From Acidobacteriota bacterium (GTDB lineage: Bacteria; Acidobacteriota; UBA890; WLXD01), in the NCBI GenBank assembly GCA_963666215.2, contig CAXWPL010000005.1:160001-224000 (forward strand): DNA of 64,000 nucleotides, given 5' to 3'. Position 1 is the stretch's first letter. Every line of letters begins with the position of its first letter. Below the pieces are notes generated by a model, which saw only the letters and a list, made by a program, of their open reading frames with translations, was not told where the DNA came from and did not search any database. Below, one piece after another: positions 54,246-64,000 of this stretch. A program made the position numbers and the translations under genes.

Positions 54246-55421
54246 ATGGCGTTGCACTCGGCTCTCAGCCACCTGGAATGTCCGCGATGTAGCCAGCAGC
54301 ATGACGCCGACCGGCTGCAGCGCTTCTGCGCCTGTGGTGGACCGCTCTATCCACGCTACGAGCTCGAAAGCGCCCGCGGCGCCTGGGAAAGCCAGGAATT
54401 CTTGCGGCGGCCGTTCGACATGTGGCGCTACGCGGAGCTTCTACCTGTGCGCCAGCCGCAGCACCGCGCCGGCCTCGGCGAGGGCGGCACGCCGCTGTTG
54501 CGGCCGGAGCGCCTCGGCCAGCAGCTCGGTCTACCGAGATTGCTGCTCAAGGATGAAGGGCTCAATCCCACTGGCTCGTTCAAGGCTCGCGGCCTGTCAA
54601 TGGCGGTCTCGAAGGCTCGAGAGCTTGGTGCCTCAACGCTCTGCATCCCGACCGCGGGCAACGCCGGTAGCGCGCTCGCGGCCTACTGCGCTCGTGCCGG
54701 CCTCGAGGCCGTCGTGTACATGCCGGTCGAAACGCCCGACGCGTTCCGCCTGGAGTGCGAACACTTCGGAGCCAAGGTCGTGCAGGTTGACGGGACGATT
54801 GCCGACGCCGGGGCTCGCATGTCGGCCGATGCCGAACCCGACTGGTTCCCCGTGAGCACACTACAGGAGCCCTATCGCCTCGAGGGCAAGAAGACGATGG
54901 GCTTCGAGCTCGCCGAGCAGCTCGGCTGGAGCACCCCCGACGTCATCGTCTACCCCACCGGAGGCGGTACCGGCCTGCTGGGGATGTGGAAGGCGTTCGA
55001 GGAGCTCGAGGCGATCGGGCTGCTCGACCCCGCAGCTTCGCGGCCGCGTATGATCTCTGTGCAGGCGGCCGGATGCGCGCCTATCGTCGCCGCCTTCGCG
55101 GCCGGCGAAGAGTCGGCCTCGCCCTGGCCCGACGCCCACACCGTGGCCAACGGCTTGCGGGTGCCGCGCGCCTTCGCGGATCGAGAGATTCTCGCCGTGC
55201 TGCGCGAATCGAAAGGCGACGCAATCACCGTGAGCGACGCCGGCCTTCTCGCCATGGTGCGCCGCCTCGCCGCGGCCGAGGGCATTTACGCCGCCCCCGA
55301 GGCCGCCGCGACCCTGGTGGCGGCGGCTCGACTACGCGACAATGGTGAGATCTCGGCCGACGACAGTGTGGCCTGCTTTCTCACCGGCAACGCCTACAAG
55401 TATCAATCGTCTCTGGCATGA
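54246..55421 (+). CDS. thrC: Threonine synthase
   Basis: N-terminal CxxC..CxC, LGEGGTP, NPTGSFKARG (PLP Lys), TAGNAG, YRLEGKKT, PTGGG. Confidence 0.9.
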   Translation: MALHSALSHLECPRCSQQHDADRLQRFCACGGPLYPRYELESARGAWESQEFLRRPFDMWRYAELLPVRQPQHRAGLGEGGTPLLRPERLGQQLGLPRLLLKDEGLNPTGSFKARGLSMAVSKARELGASTLCIPTAGNAGSALAAYCARAGLEAVVYMPVETPDAFRLECEHFGAKVVQVDGTIADAGARMSADAEPDWFPVSTLQEPYRLEGKKTMGFELAEQLGWSTPDVIVYPTGGGTGLLGMWKAFEELEAIGLLDPAASRPRMISVQAAGCAPIVAAFAAGEESASPWPDAHTVANGLRVPRAFADREILAVLRESKGDAITVSDAGLLAMVRRLAAAEGIYAAPEAAATLVAAARLRDNGEISADDSVACFLTGNAYKYQSSLA

Positions 55422-55519
55422 CTCCAGCCATGCCGCGCTCGCCATCATGGCGGCGGTGGGCATTGAGGCATCCAGAGACATACCATTGAGCTTCCCAGAT
55501 CCCTCACGGAGTAGCGATA

Positions 55520-55738
55520 ATGCTCGGCTCGATCGGCGGCACAGAGCTCCTGATGATCCTGTTGGTCGTCCTTGTGGTCTTCGGACCCAAGCGTCTGCCC
55601 GAGTTCGGACGCACAATCGGCAAGGGATTGGCGGAGTTCCGACGCGCATCCAACGATCTGAAGCGCTCGCTCGAGCAAGATTTGACGATCGATGAGCATG
55701 CCGAGCGACGACCCGACCGAGACGTCAGCGACAGCTAG
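55520..55738 (+). CDS. tatA: Twin-arginine translocase TatA/B
   Basis: IGGTELLMILLVVLVVFGPKRLPEFGRTIGKGLAEFR. Confidence 0.92.
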   Translation: MLGSIGGTELLMILLVVLVVFGPKRLPEFGRTIGKGLAEFRRASNDLKRSLEQDLTIDEHAERRPDRDVSDS

Positions 55739-56513
55739 CGGGGAGCCCTCCACGCCGGCCGCGGACCAACGCGAGCCCGCGGCGGGCAGAGTGGAAACGC
55801 TCCCCGAGATGTCGCTCATGGAGCACCTCACCGAGCTCCGGCGCCGCATCGTCATCAGCTCGCTAGCGATCGTTGCCGGCGCCATCGTCAGCTGGGCCTT
55901 CTCCGATACGATCTATCAGCTGCTCACGCGCCCGGTCGTCAAGCTCCTTCCCGAGGGCAACGACAAGCTCGTCTTCCTGTCGCTGACCGCTCCTTTCGTG
56001 CTCTACCTCAAGGTCGCGCTGGTGTCGGGGCTGTTCATCGCCTCGCCCGTGGTTCTGCACCAGGGCTGGATGTTCGTCGCTCCGGGTCTCTACTCCCGTG
56101 AGCGCAACCACGCGATGCCGGTGGTGTTCGCCTCCGTGCTTTGTTTCCTTGGCGGTGGCGCCTTCGGCTATCTCGTGCTGTTCCCCATCATGGCTAACTT
56201 CTTTCTGACACTCGGCGCCGACTTCCGGCAGATGCTCACCGTTGACGCGCTGTTCGGCTTCCTGCTGCGCACGCTTCTGGGGTGCGCGCTGATCTTCGAA
56301 TGGCCGATCGTCGTTTTCTTCCTCGCCCGTTTGGGGATTCTCGGTTGGCGAGGCATGTGGTCGAACATGCGCTACGCGATCATCGGCATCTTCGTGATCG
56401 CCGCCGTCGTGACGCCGACACCGGACATGGCGACGCAAACGATTCTCGCGCTGCCGATGCTCGGGCTCTATCTGCTCGGCATCGGTATCGCGTGGCTCGT
56501 CGAGCGGCGGTAG
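55692..56513 (+). CDS. tatC: Twin-arginine translocase TatC
   Basis: MSLMEHLTELRRR, FVAPGLYSRE, FEWP, AVVTPTPD. Confidence 0.96.
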   Translation: MSMPSDDPTETSATASGEPSTPAADQREPAAGRVETLPEMSLMEHLTELRRRIVISSLAIVAGAIVSWAFSDTIYQLLTRPVVKLLPEGNDKLVFLSLTAPFVLYLKVALVSGLFIASPVVLHQGWMFVAPGLYSRERNHAMPVVFASVLCFLGGGAFGYLVLFPIMANFFLTLGADFRQMLTVDALFGFLLRTLLGCALIFEWPIVVFFLARLGILGWRGMWSNMRYAIIGIFVIAAVVTPTPDMATQTILALPMLGLYLLGIGIAWLVERR

Positions 56514-56565
56514 GCCGGCCCTAGAGAGCCGACTCGAGAATGCGGGCGTGGCCGCGCCGGGCTGG

Positions 56566-58347
56566 TTAGTGCGCCGCGGACGGGTCCGACCGGCTCCAGG
56601 CGGCGAGGTCGTCGATTTCGAGCTGCGCGATCAGACGCCCGCCCCAGCGGCGAGGCTTGAGCTTGGCCACCAGGTCGAGGCGCTTCATGCCTACCAGCTC
56701 CTCGACCAGCGCCCCCCTTCGCCAAGCCAGCGCCTCGACCTCGCCGTCACCGCCGCGCAGACGCAGCTTCATGTGCGCCTCCTTCAGCAGTTGAGGCTCG
56801 CCGAGCGGATGCAGGTCGCGACAGAGGAGCCGGGGGCGTGGGTTGCCAACTCCGAACGGGGCCAGACGTTCGAGCTCGAGGGCCAGAGCCGGAGTGATCT
56901 GCTCTGGGTCCACATCGATGTCGCAAAGCAGTGCCGGCCGCAATGCCGCTATATCGACGTGACTGTTGGTTGCCAAGAGAGCTTCGCGTAGCTCGCCAAT
57001 GCGACTGGCTTCGAGCTCGAAACCCGCCGCCTGAGGGTGTCCACCATGGCGATCGAGCAGTTCGGCTACTCCGTCGAGCGCGCCGACAATACTGAAGCCG
57101 GTCACCGAGCGCGCCGAGCCGTACGCCCGGCCGCCTTCAATCGAAATCGCCAGCGCCGGACGCCCCCACTGCTCCACCAGTCGCGCGGCGACAATACCGA
57201 CCACGCCGCGATGCCAACCCTCTCCCGCGGCAACAACAATGGGATCGTTCTCACCCACCGGCATCTCGAGCGCCTCCCGAGTGACGTGCTTCTCAACTTG
57301 CTGGCGCTCGCTGTTGAGGCGCTGCAACCGATTGGCCAACTTCGTGGCACGAGCCGGATCGCGCGTAAGAAACAACTCGGCGGCATCATTCGGATGCCCG
57401 AGTCGGCCCGCAGCGTTGATTCGCGGCCCGATACGGAACGCGACATCGCCCGCATCAACCCGGCAACCCTCGAGCCCGGCGACCTTGAGCAACGCTCGCA
57501 GGCCGGGATTGGTTGCCTGGGAGAGTCCTCGCAGGCCGTGCCACGTCATGGCTCGATTCTCTCCGGTAAGAGGAACCAGATCGGCAACCGTCCCGAGCGC
57601 CACGAGCTTGAGCATCGAGATCCCGCTCGCGTGTCCCGAATGGCGCTGCAGCACCCCGCGCGCCAGCTTGAAGGCCAGGCCGACGGCAGCCAAATCGCCT
57701 TCCGGATAGCCGCAGCCTGTGATCCGCGGATTGATGATCGCCACGGCCTCGGGGAGCTCGGTGAGCGGCACGTGATGATCGGCAATGATCAGGTCGATGC
57801 CGAGCTCGGTAGCTCGCTCGGCGGCAGCCAGTGCCGTAACGCCGCAATCGACCGCGATCAGTAGCCGCGCACCGGCGGCATGGGCCTTGTCGATGCCCGA
57901 CGGATTGAGGCCGTAGCCGTCGTCAATGCGGTGCGGCAAGATGAACTCGACGTCGGCGCCTAGGTGCCCGAGCACGGTGACGAGGAGCACCGTGCCAGTG
58001 ATGCCGTCGACGTCGTAGTCACCATGCACGGCGATGCGCTCGCCGCGTTGCAGAGCGCTCAGGATGCGTTCAACGGCCGCCTCCATCGCCTCGAACAGAA
58101 ACGGCGAGTGCAGTTGCTCGAGACCAGGCTGTAGGAACTCCTCGGCCGTGACGGCGTCGGAAAACCCGCGGCCGGCGAGGATGGTCGCCATGGTTGGCGA
58201 CAGACCGAGCTCGGAGGCCAGGCGCGCCGCCGTCTGAGGATCTGTGGGCGGCTGGCGCAATTGCCACGACTGGCGCGCAGGACAAATGAGAAAGGGGTCG
58301 ACCGAGCCTGAGGCCATTTCGCCAGCTTCGCCGGCTTCTCCAGACAA
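56566..58347 (-). CDS. recJ: ssDNA exonuclease RecJ
   Basis: GDYDVDG, VDCG, DHH, LGTVADLVPL..ENR, PRINAAGRL, GSARS, GGH; start at 58347 (TTG) or 58317 (ATG). Confidence 0.96.
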   Translation of the reverse strand: MSGEAGEAGEMASGSVDPFLICPARQSWQLRQPPTDPQTAARLASELGLSPTMATILAGRGFSDAVTAEEFLQPGLEQLHSPFLFEAMEAAVERILSALQRGERIAVHGDYDVDGITGTVLLVTVLGHLGADVEFILPHRIDDGYGLNPSGIDKAHAAGARLLIAVDCGVTALAAAERATELGIDLIIADHHVPLTELPEAVAIINPRITGCGYPEGDLAAVGLAFKLARGVLQRHSGHASGISMLKLVALGTVADLVPLTGENRAMTWHGLRGLSQATNPGLRALLKVAGLEGCRVDAGDVAFRIGPRINAAGRLGHPNDAAELFLTRDPARATKLANRLQRLNSERQQVEKHVTREALEMPVGENDPIVVAAGEGWHRGVVGIVAARLVEQWGRPALAISIEGGRAYGSARSVTGFSIVGALDGVAELLDRHGGHPQAAGFELEASRIGELREALLATNSHVDIAALRPALLCDIDVDPEQITPALALELERLAPFGVGNPRPRLLCRDLHPLGEPQLLKEAHMKLRLRGGDGEVEALAWRRGALVEELVGMKRLDLVAKLKPRRWGGRLIAQLEIDDLAAWSRSDPSAAH

Positions 58348-58359
58348 GTGCCGACTAGA

Positions 58360-59402
58360 TGTGAGTTCTAGGTAGGTTGTTCACGAACTCACCCCTGAGA
58401 GCCGAGCGATCGGCGGTGTCATGCCGATGCCGGCGTGGGGACGGTGACGATTGTAGTGGTTGAGCCAGGGCCGTAGAGCTCGAGTACGTCGAGCTGAGGT
58501 CTGGTAGCAGGTGCCGTAGGCCCACTGCTCCTTGAGTGTGCGGATGAAGCGTTCGGCTTTGCCGTTGGTTCTGGGGGTGTAGGGCCGGGTGTAAATGTGC
58601 CGGATCTCGAGTTGATGGCATAGGCGATTGAAGCGCTTCGAGACGTAGCCAGGCCCGTTGTCTGTCATCACTCGGCGCACCGCTACTCCCATCGAAGCGA
58701 AGTGCTCGACGGCTCGCTGCAGGAACGCTGTGCAGGTGTGTTGGTCTTCGGCGGGCAGCACTTCGACGTACGCCACCCGAGAGTGATCGTCGATAGCGAC
58801 GTGGGCGTTCTCCCAGCCGACGCCGTAGGCCCGCTTGGAGCGGTCGCCGTGGATGCGGTGTCCAGGTCGCCGGATACGGGCCAGTTTCTTCGTATCCAGG
58901 TGCAGTAGGTCACCGGGGTGCTCGTACTCGTAGCGAACGATCTCGGGCTTGGGCTCGAGCGCATCAAGCTTGGCGAGTCCGAGCCGCTTCAGCCACGCCG
59001 AGACGGTCGAGCGCGGCACAGCCAACCTTCGGCTGATCTGCCAGGCCGTCAGTCGCCGCCGACGTAGCTTGTCGATCTGCCTCACAACTCCAGCACTTGT
59101 TGCGTGCGGACAGCACGTCGGCCGGCTTGATCGATCGAGCAGCCCGGCCTCACCTTCTCGCTCGTATCTATCCAGCCACTTGTAAACCGTTCGAGCCGAC
59201 ACGCCGAGCGCCGCCGCCGTTTCCGTCACGGGCTCCGCCCGCTCCCGGACTCGGCGGACCATCTCTCGGCGTATATACGGCGTCGTGCGGGCGTTACCAT
59301 GCAGCTGCATCGGGCGCTCCTTCTGAGGTCGTGGAGTCTTTTGAACAACCCCATTGATCTCAGAAGTGAGCCCCGATGTGAACAACCTACTTAGAAAACA
59401 CA
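58360..59402 (-). mobile_element. IS481-family insertion sequence, copy 2 (1043 bp, inverted relative to copy 1)
   Basis: Reverse complement of 30016-31058; flanks are ACTAGA (58354-58359) and ACTAGC (59403-59408). Confidence 0.96.
58381..59310 (-). CDS. IS481-family DDE transposase
   Basis: Protein identical to that encoded at 30108-31037. Confidence 0.96.
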   Translation of the reverse strand: MQLHGNARTTPYIRREMVRRVRERAEPVTETAAALGVSARTVYKWLDRYEREGEAGLLDRSSRPTCCPHATSAGVVRQIDKLRRRRLTAWQISRRLAVPRSTVSAWLKRLGLAKLDALEPKPEIVRYEYEHPGDLLHLDTKKLARIRRPGHRIHGDRSKRAYGVGWENAHVAIDDHSRVAYVEVLPAEDQHTCTAFLQRAVEHFASMGVAVRRVMTDNGPGYVSKRFNRLCHQLEIRHIYTRPYTPRTNGKAERFIRTLKEQWAYGTCYQTSARRTRALRPWLNHYNRHRPHAGIGMTPPIARLSGVSS

Positions 59403-59403
59403 A

Positions 59404-60357
59404 CTAGCCGGCCACGAACGCGCCCATGGCGCGGAACTTGCGATAGCGGGCGTCGAGGAGTGCGCCCACCTCAATGCCGCGGAGCTCGACCAGCTGTCGC
59501 TGCAGGACGTCGCCGAGGCGGCGCATCATCAACGCCGAATCGTCGTGCGCGCCACCGGGCGGCTCCTCGACGATCTCGTCAATCAGGCCGAGCTCGAGTA
59601 GATCGGGTGCACACAAACGGAGCGCGTCGGCCGCCTGCTCGGTGTGATCCTGATCTCGCCACAGGATCGACGAGCAGGACTCGGGCGAGATCACGGAGTA
59701 GGTCGCGTGGCGCAGCATATTGATGCGATCGCCGATCCCGATCCCCAGCGCGCCACCACTGCCTCCCTCACCGATCACCGTAACCACGATCGGCACCCGC
59801 AGCCGTATCATCTCGCGCAGATTGACCGCGATGGCCTCGGCAACGCCGCGCTGCTCGGCGCCCGACCCGGGATAAGCGCCGGGCGTGTCGACGAGGGTCA
59901 GTACCGGGTGTCCGAATTTCTCGGCGGCTCGCATGACCCGCAACGCCTTTCGATAGCCCTCAGGGTGCGGCATTCCGAAGTTGCGCTTGAGCTTGCCCTT
60001 CGTATCGCGTCCCTTCTGATGGCCCACAACACAAACCGTGCGGCCACCGAAGTCGGCGAACCCGGCGACGATCGCCGCGTCGTCGCCGTAGGCGCGATCG
60101 CCCTGCATCTCGACGAAGTCCTTGAAGAAGTATTCGATGTAGTCGAGGGTGTAGGGACGCTTCGGATGTCGCGCCACGAGTATCGTTTGCCAACGCGAGA
60201 GATCGCCGTAGATGTCCTCGCGTGTCGTCACCAGCTTGGCCTGGAGGCGCTCCAACCGTGCGTCGCGCTGGAGGGACTGCGGATAACGAGCAAGCTCGGC
60301 CATCTGTTCCTCTATCGCGCGGATCGGCTTCTCGAACTCTTCGGCCTTGCGGAACAT
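59404..60357 (-). CDS. accA: Acetyl-CoA carboxylase carboxyltransferase alpha subunit
   Basis: ARHPKRPYTLDYI, GHQKGRDTK..RNFGM, DTPGAYPG, GEGGSGGAL, YSVISPE. Confidence 0.97.
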   Translation of the reverse strand: MFRKAEEFEKPIRAIEEQMAELARYPQSLQRDARLERLQAKLVTTREDIYGDLSRWQTILVARHPKRPYTLDYIEYFFKDFVEMQGDRAYGDDAAIVAGFADFGGRTVCVVGHQKGRDTKGKLKRNFGMPHPEGYRKALRVMRAAEKFGHPVLTLVDTPGAYPGSGAEQRGVAEAIAVNLREMIRLRVPIVVTVIGEGGSGGALGIGIGDRINMLRHATYSVISPESCSSILWRDQDHTEQAADALRLCAPDLLELGLIDEIVEEPPGGAHDDSALMMRRLGDVLQRQLVELRGIEVGALLDARYRKFRAMGAFVAG

Positions 60358-60364
60358 GTCGGGC

Positions 60365-60373
60365 AGATTAGCA
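60365..60373 (-). promoter_or_regulatory. Extended -10 promoter (TGcTAATCT); probable leaderless accA
   Basis: The -10 box ends 7 nt before ATG 60357; no SD visible. Confidence 0.5.
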
Positions 60374-60493
60374 CGGGCTCAGTGGCGATCGTGATCGACC
60401 GCTGGGACCGATTCGAAGAGTCCCGCAGCGCCAAATTCCCGGCAGCCACGGCTGCCGGATGGCACTGCCGCGCCTGCCGCGGCGGTGCCAGCT

Positions 60494-61123
60494 TCAGTTC
60501 GCGGAGTAGGGCTCGAACACCCGCTGCCAGGCGCGGCCGATAAGCAGGGCCAACCGGCGGAGCGGCTCCAGCGCCGCGGCCCCGGTGCCGCTGGCTGCCC
60601 CATGCGCGCCACGAACCTGCTCGAGCCGGGTAGCGGCCTCTCTCTCGGCGCGATCGAGCAGGTCGTCCAGCACCTCGTCGAAGAGCTCGGGACGACTCTC
60701 GTGTGTGCGGCCGGATGTTGCCGGCTCGATCACTTCCGGTGATTCCCACGCTTCCGCGTCGGCCAGGGCCCGGGCGGCCTCACGCCAGTCACCAACGAAG
60801 GCCTGCATTGCGGCTCGGATCTCGGGCAGCGTGGCGCTGCTGGATCCGCCGGCCTCACGACCTCCACTGGCGGAGTCGGATGCACTCAAGACGGCGCACC
60901 AGGCCATCAGCACGCCCCTCGCTTCCGTTGCCAGGTTGCCGGCAAGGGCCTTGGCGCGATGCGCGTCGCCGTCGTAGAGCACATCCATCAGGCCGACGGT
61001 GGCACGCCACTGTCGGTGGCGAGCACCAACCTCATCGCGCCGCCGTTCAAAGTCGCCGGCGGCGGTGGCCGACAGCAACGTGCCCCGCGGCAGGCTCCGC
61101 AGCGCCGCCTCGGGTTCACTCAC
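60494..61123 (-). CDS. Hypothetical protein (209 aa, Ala-rich, probably helical)
   Basis: GTG overlaps the dnaE stop (GTGA) and the ORF fills the dnaE-accA gap; no motif recognised. Confidence 0.6.
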   Translation of the reverse strand: MSEPEAALRSLPRGTLLSATAAGDFERRRDEVGARHRQWRATVGLMDVLYDGDAHRAKALAGNLATEARGVLMAWCAVLSASDSASGGREAGGSSSATLPEIRAAMQAFVGDWREAARALADAEAWESPEVIEPATSGRTHESRPELFDEVLDDLLDRAEREAATRLEQVRGAHGAASGTGAAALEPLRRLALLIGRAWQRVFEPYSAN

Positions 61124-64000
61124 GTCAGAAGCCGCACTGTTCCTTCACCCAACAGGGCTTCCAGATCTCGAACCAGAGCCCGTGTCGGTGCGACGAAGAG
61201 ATAGCGGTTCGTCTGCACATGGGCCACAAAACCCTCGGGCTGTGGACACGCCACCTCGAACGTCACCGGGATCGAGCCCCGACTCCGTTCGAGCACCTCC
61301 ACCAATGCGGTAGCAATAAACGGCGCCACCTTGCCGAGGTCCACGTCAACTCGCACCTGGCGCGCCGAGTCTTGCGTGCGACGGTGCTCGGCGCGGCTCA
61401 GCGAGGTGATCTCCGAGGCGATCATGCGCGGCGTTTCCTCGTTCGATTCCGGCCTGCCGCGTGCCAGCAGAACCGCGTCGAGCTCGAGATCGCGGTAGCA
61501 GCGAGCGTAGGCCCTGGGGAAAATCACCACCTCGGCGCGTCCCTCGGTGTCTTCGAGCTCGATCACGGCCATCGCATCGCCTTTGCGAGTGCGGAGCTGG
61601 CGGACCGCCGTCACCATGCCTCCGAGCGTCACATCGGCGCGAGTGTTCGCCGCCAGCAGCTCCTTCGTCGTGGTGTCAACCAGGCCCTGCATGCGCTCCG
61701 CATACTGCTCGAGCGGATGACCGGTGACATAGAAGCCGAGTGCTTCTTTCTCGGCGTTGAGGACCTCGCGCTCGCTCCAGGCTTCGCATTGCGGCAACGG
61801 CGGCATGGGCGCGTGGCCACCACCACTATTGGATGACGCTACCAGATCTGCAAATAGACTCGTCTGCCCCGAATCGCGATCGCGCTGAGCTCGCTGGCCA
61901 CTCTCCATCGCGCCCTCGAGCTGCGCGTGCAGGATGGCGCGACGCACACCAACCGTCAGCTCACCGTGGTCGCCAAGCAGGTCGTCGATCGCACCAGCCT
62001 TGATCAGGCTCTCAACCGTCCGCCTGTTGATACCGCGACTCAGATCCACCTCCTCGCAGAACTCGGCCAGATTGGCGAATCTGCCAACTCGATCGCGTGC
62101 CTCCAAGATCGCCAGCACGGCACCCTCGCCAACTCCCTTGATGGCCGCCAGCCCGAAGCGAATCGCTTCGCCGACAGGCGTGAAGTTGACGTGACTCTCG
62201 TTGATCGCCGGCGGCCGTATCGCGATCTCCATGCTGCGGCACTCGTTCGTGTAGGCAACCACCTTGTCGGTGTTGTCGCGCTCGGTTGTCAGTAGAGCGG
62301 CCATGAAGTGAACCGGATAGTTCGTCTTCAGGTACCCGGTTTGGTACGCCAGTAGCGCGTAGGCGGCCGAGTGCGACTTATTGAAGCCGTAGCCGGCGAA
62401 CTCGACGATCATGTCCCAGATCTTCCTGGCGCGACCGGCCGGCAAGCCCTTCTCGAAACAGCCACCGAGAAACTGCTCCTCCATCGAGGCCATGATTTCG
62501 GGCTTCTTCTTGCCCATCGCGCTGCGCAGTACGTCGGCTTGGCCCAGCGAGAATCCCGCCAGCGTCGCCGCGAGTCGCATGACTTGTTCTTGATAAACGA
62601 TCACGCCGTGGGTCTCGCGCAACGCCTCCTCGAGCTCCGGCAGCTCGTACTTGACCTTCGATGGATCGTGCTTGCGACGGATGTACTCGTCGATCATCCC
62701 GGAGCGGATCGGCCCGGGGCGGTAGAGCGCGTTCATCGCAATAAGGTCGTCGAGGCGCGTCGGCTTGAGCTTTCGCAGCGCGTCGCGCATGCCCGTCGAC
62801 TCGAACTGAAAAACGCCGGAAGTCGCGGCCTGTGCGAAGAGCTTGTAGGTCGCGACGTCGTCGAGCGGGATATCGGCTGCGGTGACCTCGCGACCGAGTT
62901 GTCGCGAGATCGAGGCCAGGCAGTCGTGCACCAGCGTCAGTGTCCGCAACCCGAGGAAGTCCATCTTCAGCAGGCCGATCGCCTCGACGTCTTTCATCGG
63001 GTACTGCGTGACAACGAAGTGAGAGGCGGAAGAGTCTTCGCCGGCCTTGGTGGCCTGAGCGCTCTGCGAGCCCGGCGGCTGGTACAGAGGCACGTAGTTG
63101 GTCAACGGCTCGTCCGAAATCACCACGCCCGCGGCATGCGTTGAGGCGTGGCGTACCTGGCCTTCGAGTGCCTCCGCCAGGTCCACCAGCCTCTCGACCT
63201 CAGGCTCCTCGAGCGCCTCGCGCAGTGACGCTACTCCCTTGCGCGCATCAGCGATCGTGGCATCGATCTCGTTGGGAATCAGCCGCGCGATCCTGTCCAC
63301 ATCGCCGTACGGCATCTCGAGCGCTCGTCCAACGTCGCGAATCGCCGCCTTCGCGGCCATCGTCCCGAAGGTGATGATGTGTGCCACCTTGTCGCGGCCG
63401 TACTTGCGCGCCACGTACTCGATCACCTCTCCCCGGCGGCGCATGCAAAAGTCGATGTCGATATCCGGCATGCTGATGCGCTCGGGATTCAAGAAGCGCT
63501 CGAACACCAGCCCGTAGGTCAACGGGTCGATGTCCGTGATTCGCAGCGCGTAAGCCACCAAGCTGCCGGCGGCGCTGCCTCGCCCCGGCCCTACCGGTAT
63601 CCCCCGCTCGCGAGCGAAGCGGATGAAGTCCCAAACGATGAGGAAGTATCCAGGGAACCCCATCTTGCGGATGACGCCGATCTCGTACGCCAGGCGCTCG
63701 CGATAGACCTCTTCGGGATGCACCAGGCCCCTACGACCGAGCTCGCTGAGACGTTCTTCGAAGCCGTCCTGAACGACCGACGCGAAATACCCCTCGAGGT
63801 CGTGGCCGTCCGGCACCGGAAACCGCGGTAGGTGCATCGAGCTCAAGTCGATCTCGACGTTGCAGCGCTCAGCGATCTCCGCAGTACTCGCCAGCGCCTC
63901 GGGAACGTCGGCGAAGACCTTAGCCATCTCCTCTTGGGTCTTGAGGTAGAACTCGTTGTTGGGGAACTTCATCCGGTTTTCGTCGTTGATCCCCTTGCCG
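61120..64000 (-). CDS. dnaE: DNA polymerase III alpha subunit (5' end outside the window)
   Basis: GPGRGSAAGSLVAY, FERFLNPERISMPDIDIDF, KMDFLGL, YGFNKSH; the frame stays open to the window edge. Confidence 0.98.
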   Translation of the reverse strand, partial: GKGINDENRMKFPNNEFYLKTQEEMAKVFADVPEALASTAEIAERCNVEIDLSSMHLPRFPVPDGHDLEGYFASVVQDGFEERLSELGRRGLVHPEEVYRERLAYEIGVIRKMGFPGYFLIVWDFIRFARERGIPVGPGRGSAAGSLVAYALRITDIDPLTYGLVFERFLNPERISMPDIDIDFCMRRRGEVIEYVARKYGRDKVAHIITFGTMAAKAAIRDVGRALEMPYGDVDRIARLIPNEIDATIADARKGVASLREALEEPEVERLVDLAEALEGQVRHASTHAAGVVISDEPLTNYVPLYQPPGSQSAQATKAGEDSSASHFVVTQYPMKDVEAIGLLKMDFLGLRTLTLVHDCLASISRQLGREVTAADIPLDDVATYKLFAQAATSGVFQFESTGMRDALRKLKPTRLDDLIAMNALYRPGPIRSGMIDEYIRRKHDPSKVKYELPELEEALRETHGVIVYQEQVMRLAATLAGFSLGQADVLRSAMGKKKPEIMASMEEQFLGGCFEKGLPAGRARKIWDMIVEFAGYGFNKSHSAAYALLAYQTGYLKTNYPVHFMAALLTTERDNTDKVVAYTNECRSMEIAIRPPAINESHVNFTPVGEAIRFGLAAIKGVGEGAVLAILEARDRVGRFANLAEFCEEVDLSRGINRRTVESLIKAGAIDDLLGDHGELTVGVRRAILHAQLEGAMESGQRAQRDRDSGQTSLFADLVASSNSGGGHAPMPPLPQCEAWSEREVLNAEKEALGFYVTGHPLEQYAERMQGLVDTTTKELLAANTRADVTLGGMVTAVRQLRTRKGDAMAVIELEDTEGRAEVVIFPRAYARCYRDLELDAVLLARGRPESNEETPRMIASEITSLSRAEHRRTQDSARQVRVDVDLGKVAPFIATALVEVLERSRGSIPVTFEVACPQPEGFVAHVQTNRYLFVAPTRALVRDLEALLGEGTVRLLT

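Noticed and set aside
55692-55738. tatA/tatC 47-nt overlap as a recoding signal
   Set aside because: Both ORFs are complete, and the tatC start may be further downstream; this is an ordinary overlap.
61120-64000. Intein or split dnaE
   Set aside because: The visible part is continuous through YGFNKSH with no intein motifs; the gene is only cut by the window edge.

Overview
GC-rich bacterial chromosomal segment, probably from an Acidobacteriota-like organism (inferred from ArgS, RsbW and S55 gene styles; not verified). It is mostly housekeeping genes, largely on the minus strand: aminoacyl-tRNA synthetases (aspS, valS, argS, asnS), ffh-rpsP-khpA-rimM-trmD-rplS-rnhB, ftsY-ribD-ribE-ribBA, rimP-nusA-infB-rbfA-truB-rpsO-pnp-rplM-rpsI-rpsB-tsf-pyrH-frr, lipid genes (pgpA, plsY, gpsA, accA), tatAC, recJ and partial dnaE and phoH. 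I found no rRNA, tRNA or CRISPR. Notable features: (1) two near-identical 1043-bp IS481-family copies in inverted orientation at CTAG sites, one replacing the last codons of plsY; (2) an AmgK-like kinase gene frameshifted across a 15-bp tandem repeat and 22-bp palindrome; (3) an in-frame RbfA-DHH/NrnA fusion; (4) apparent CTG starts overlapping synthetase stop codons (birA, pgpA); (5) an uncharacterised SpoIVB-like S55 protease + beta-propeller + RsbW module; (6) a coupled GT-C/CYTH/nucleotidyltransferase/kinase cluster. All calls come from reading motifs by eye, with no database searches.
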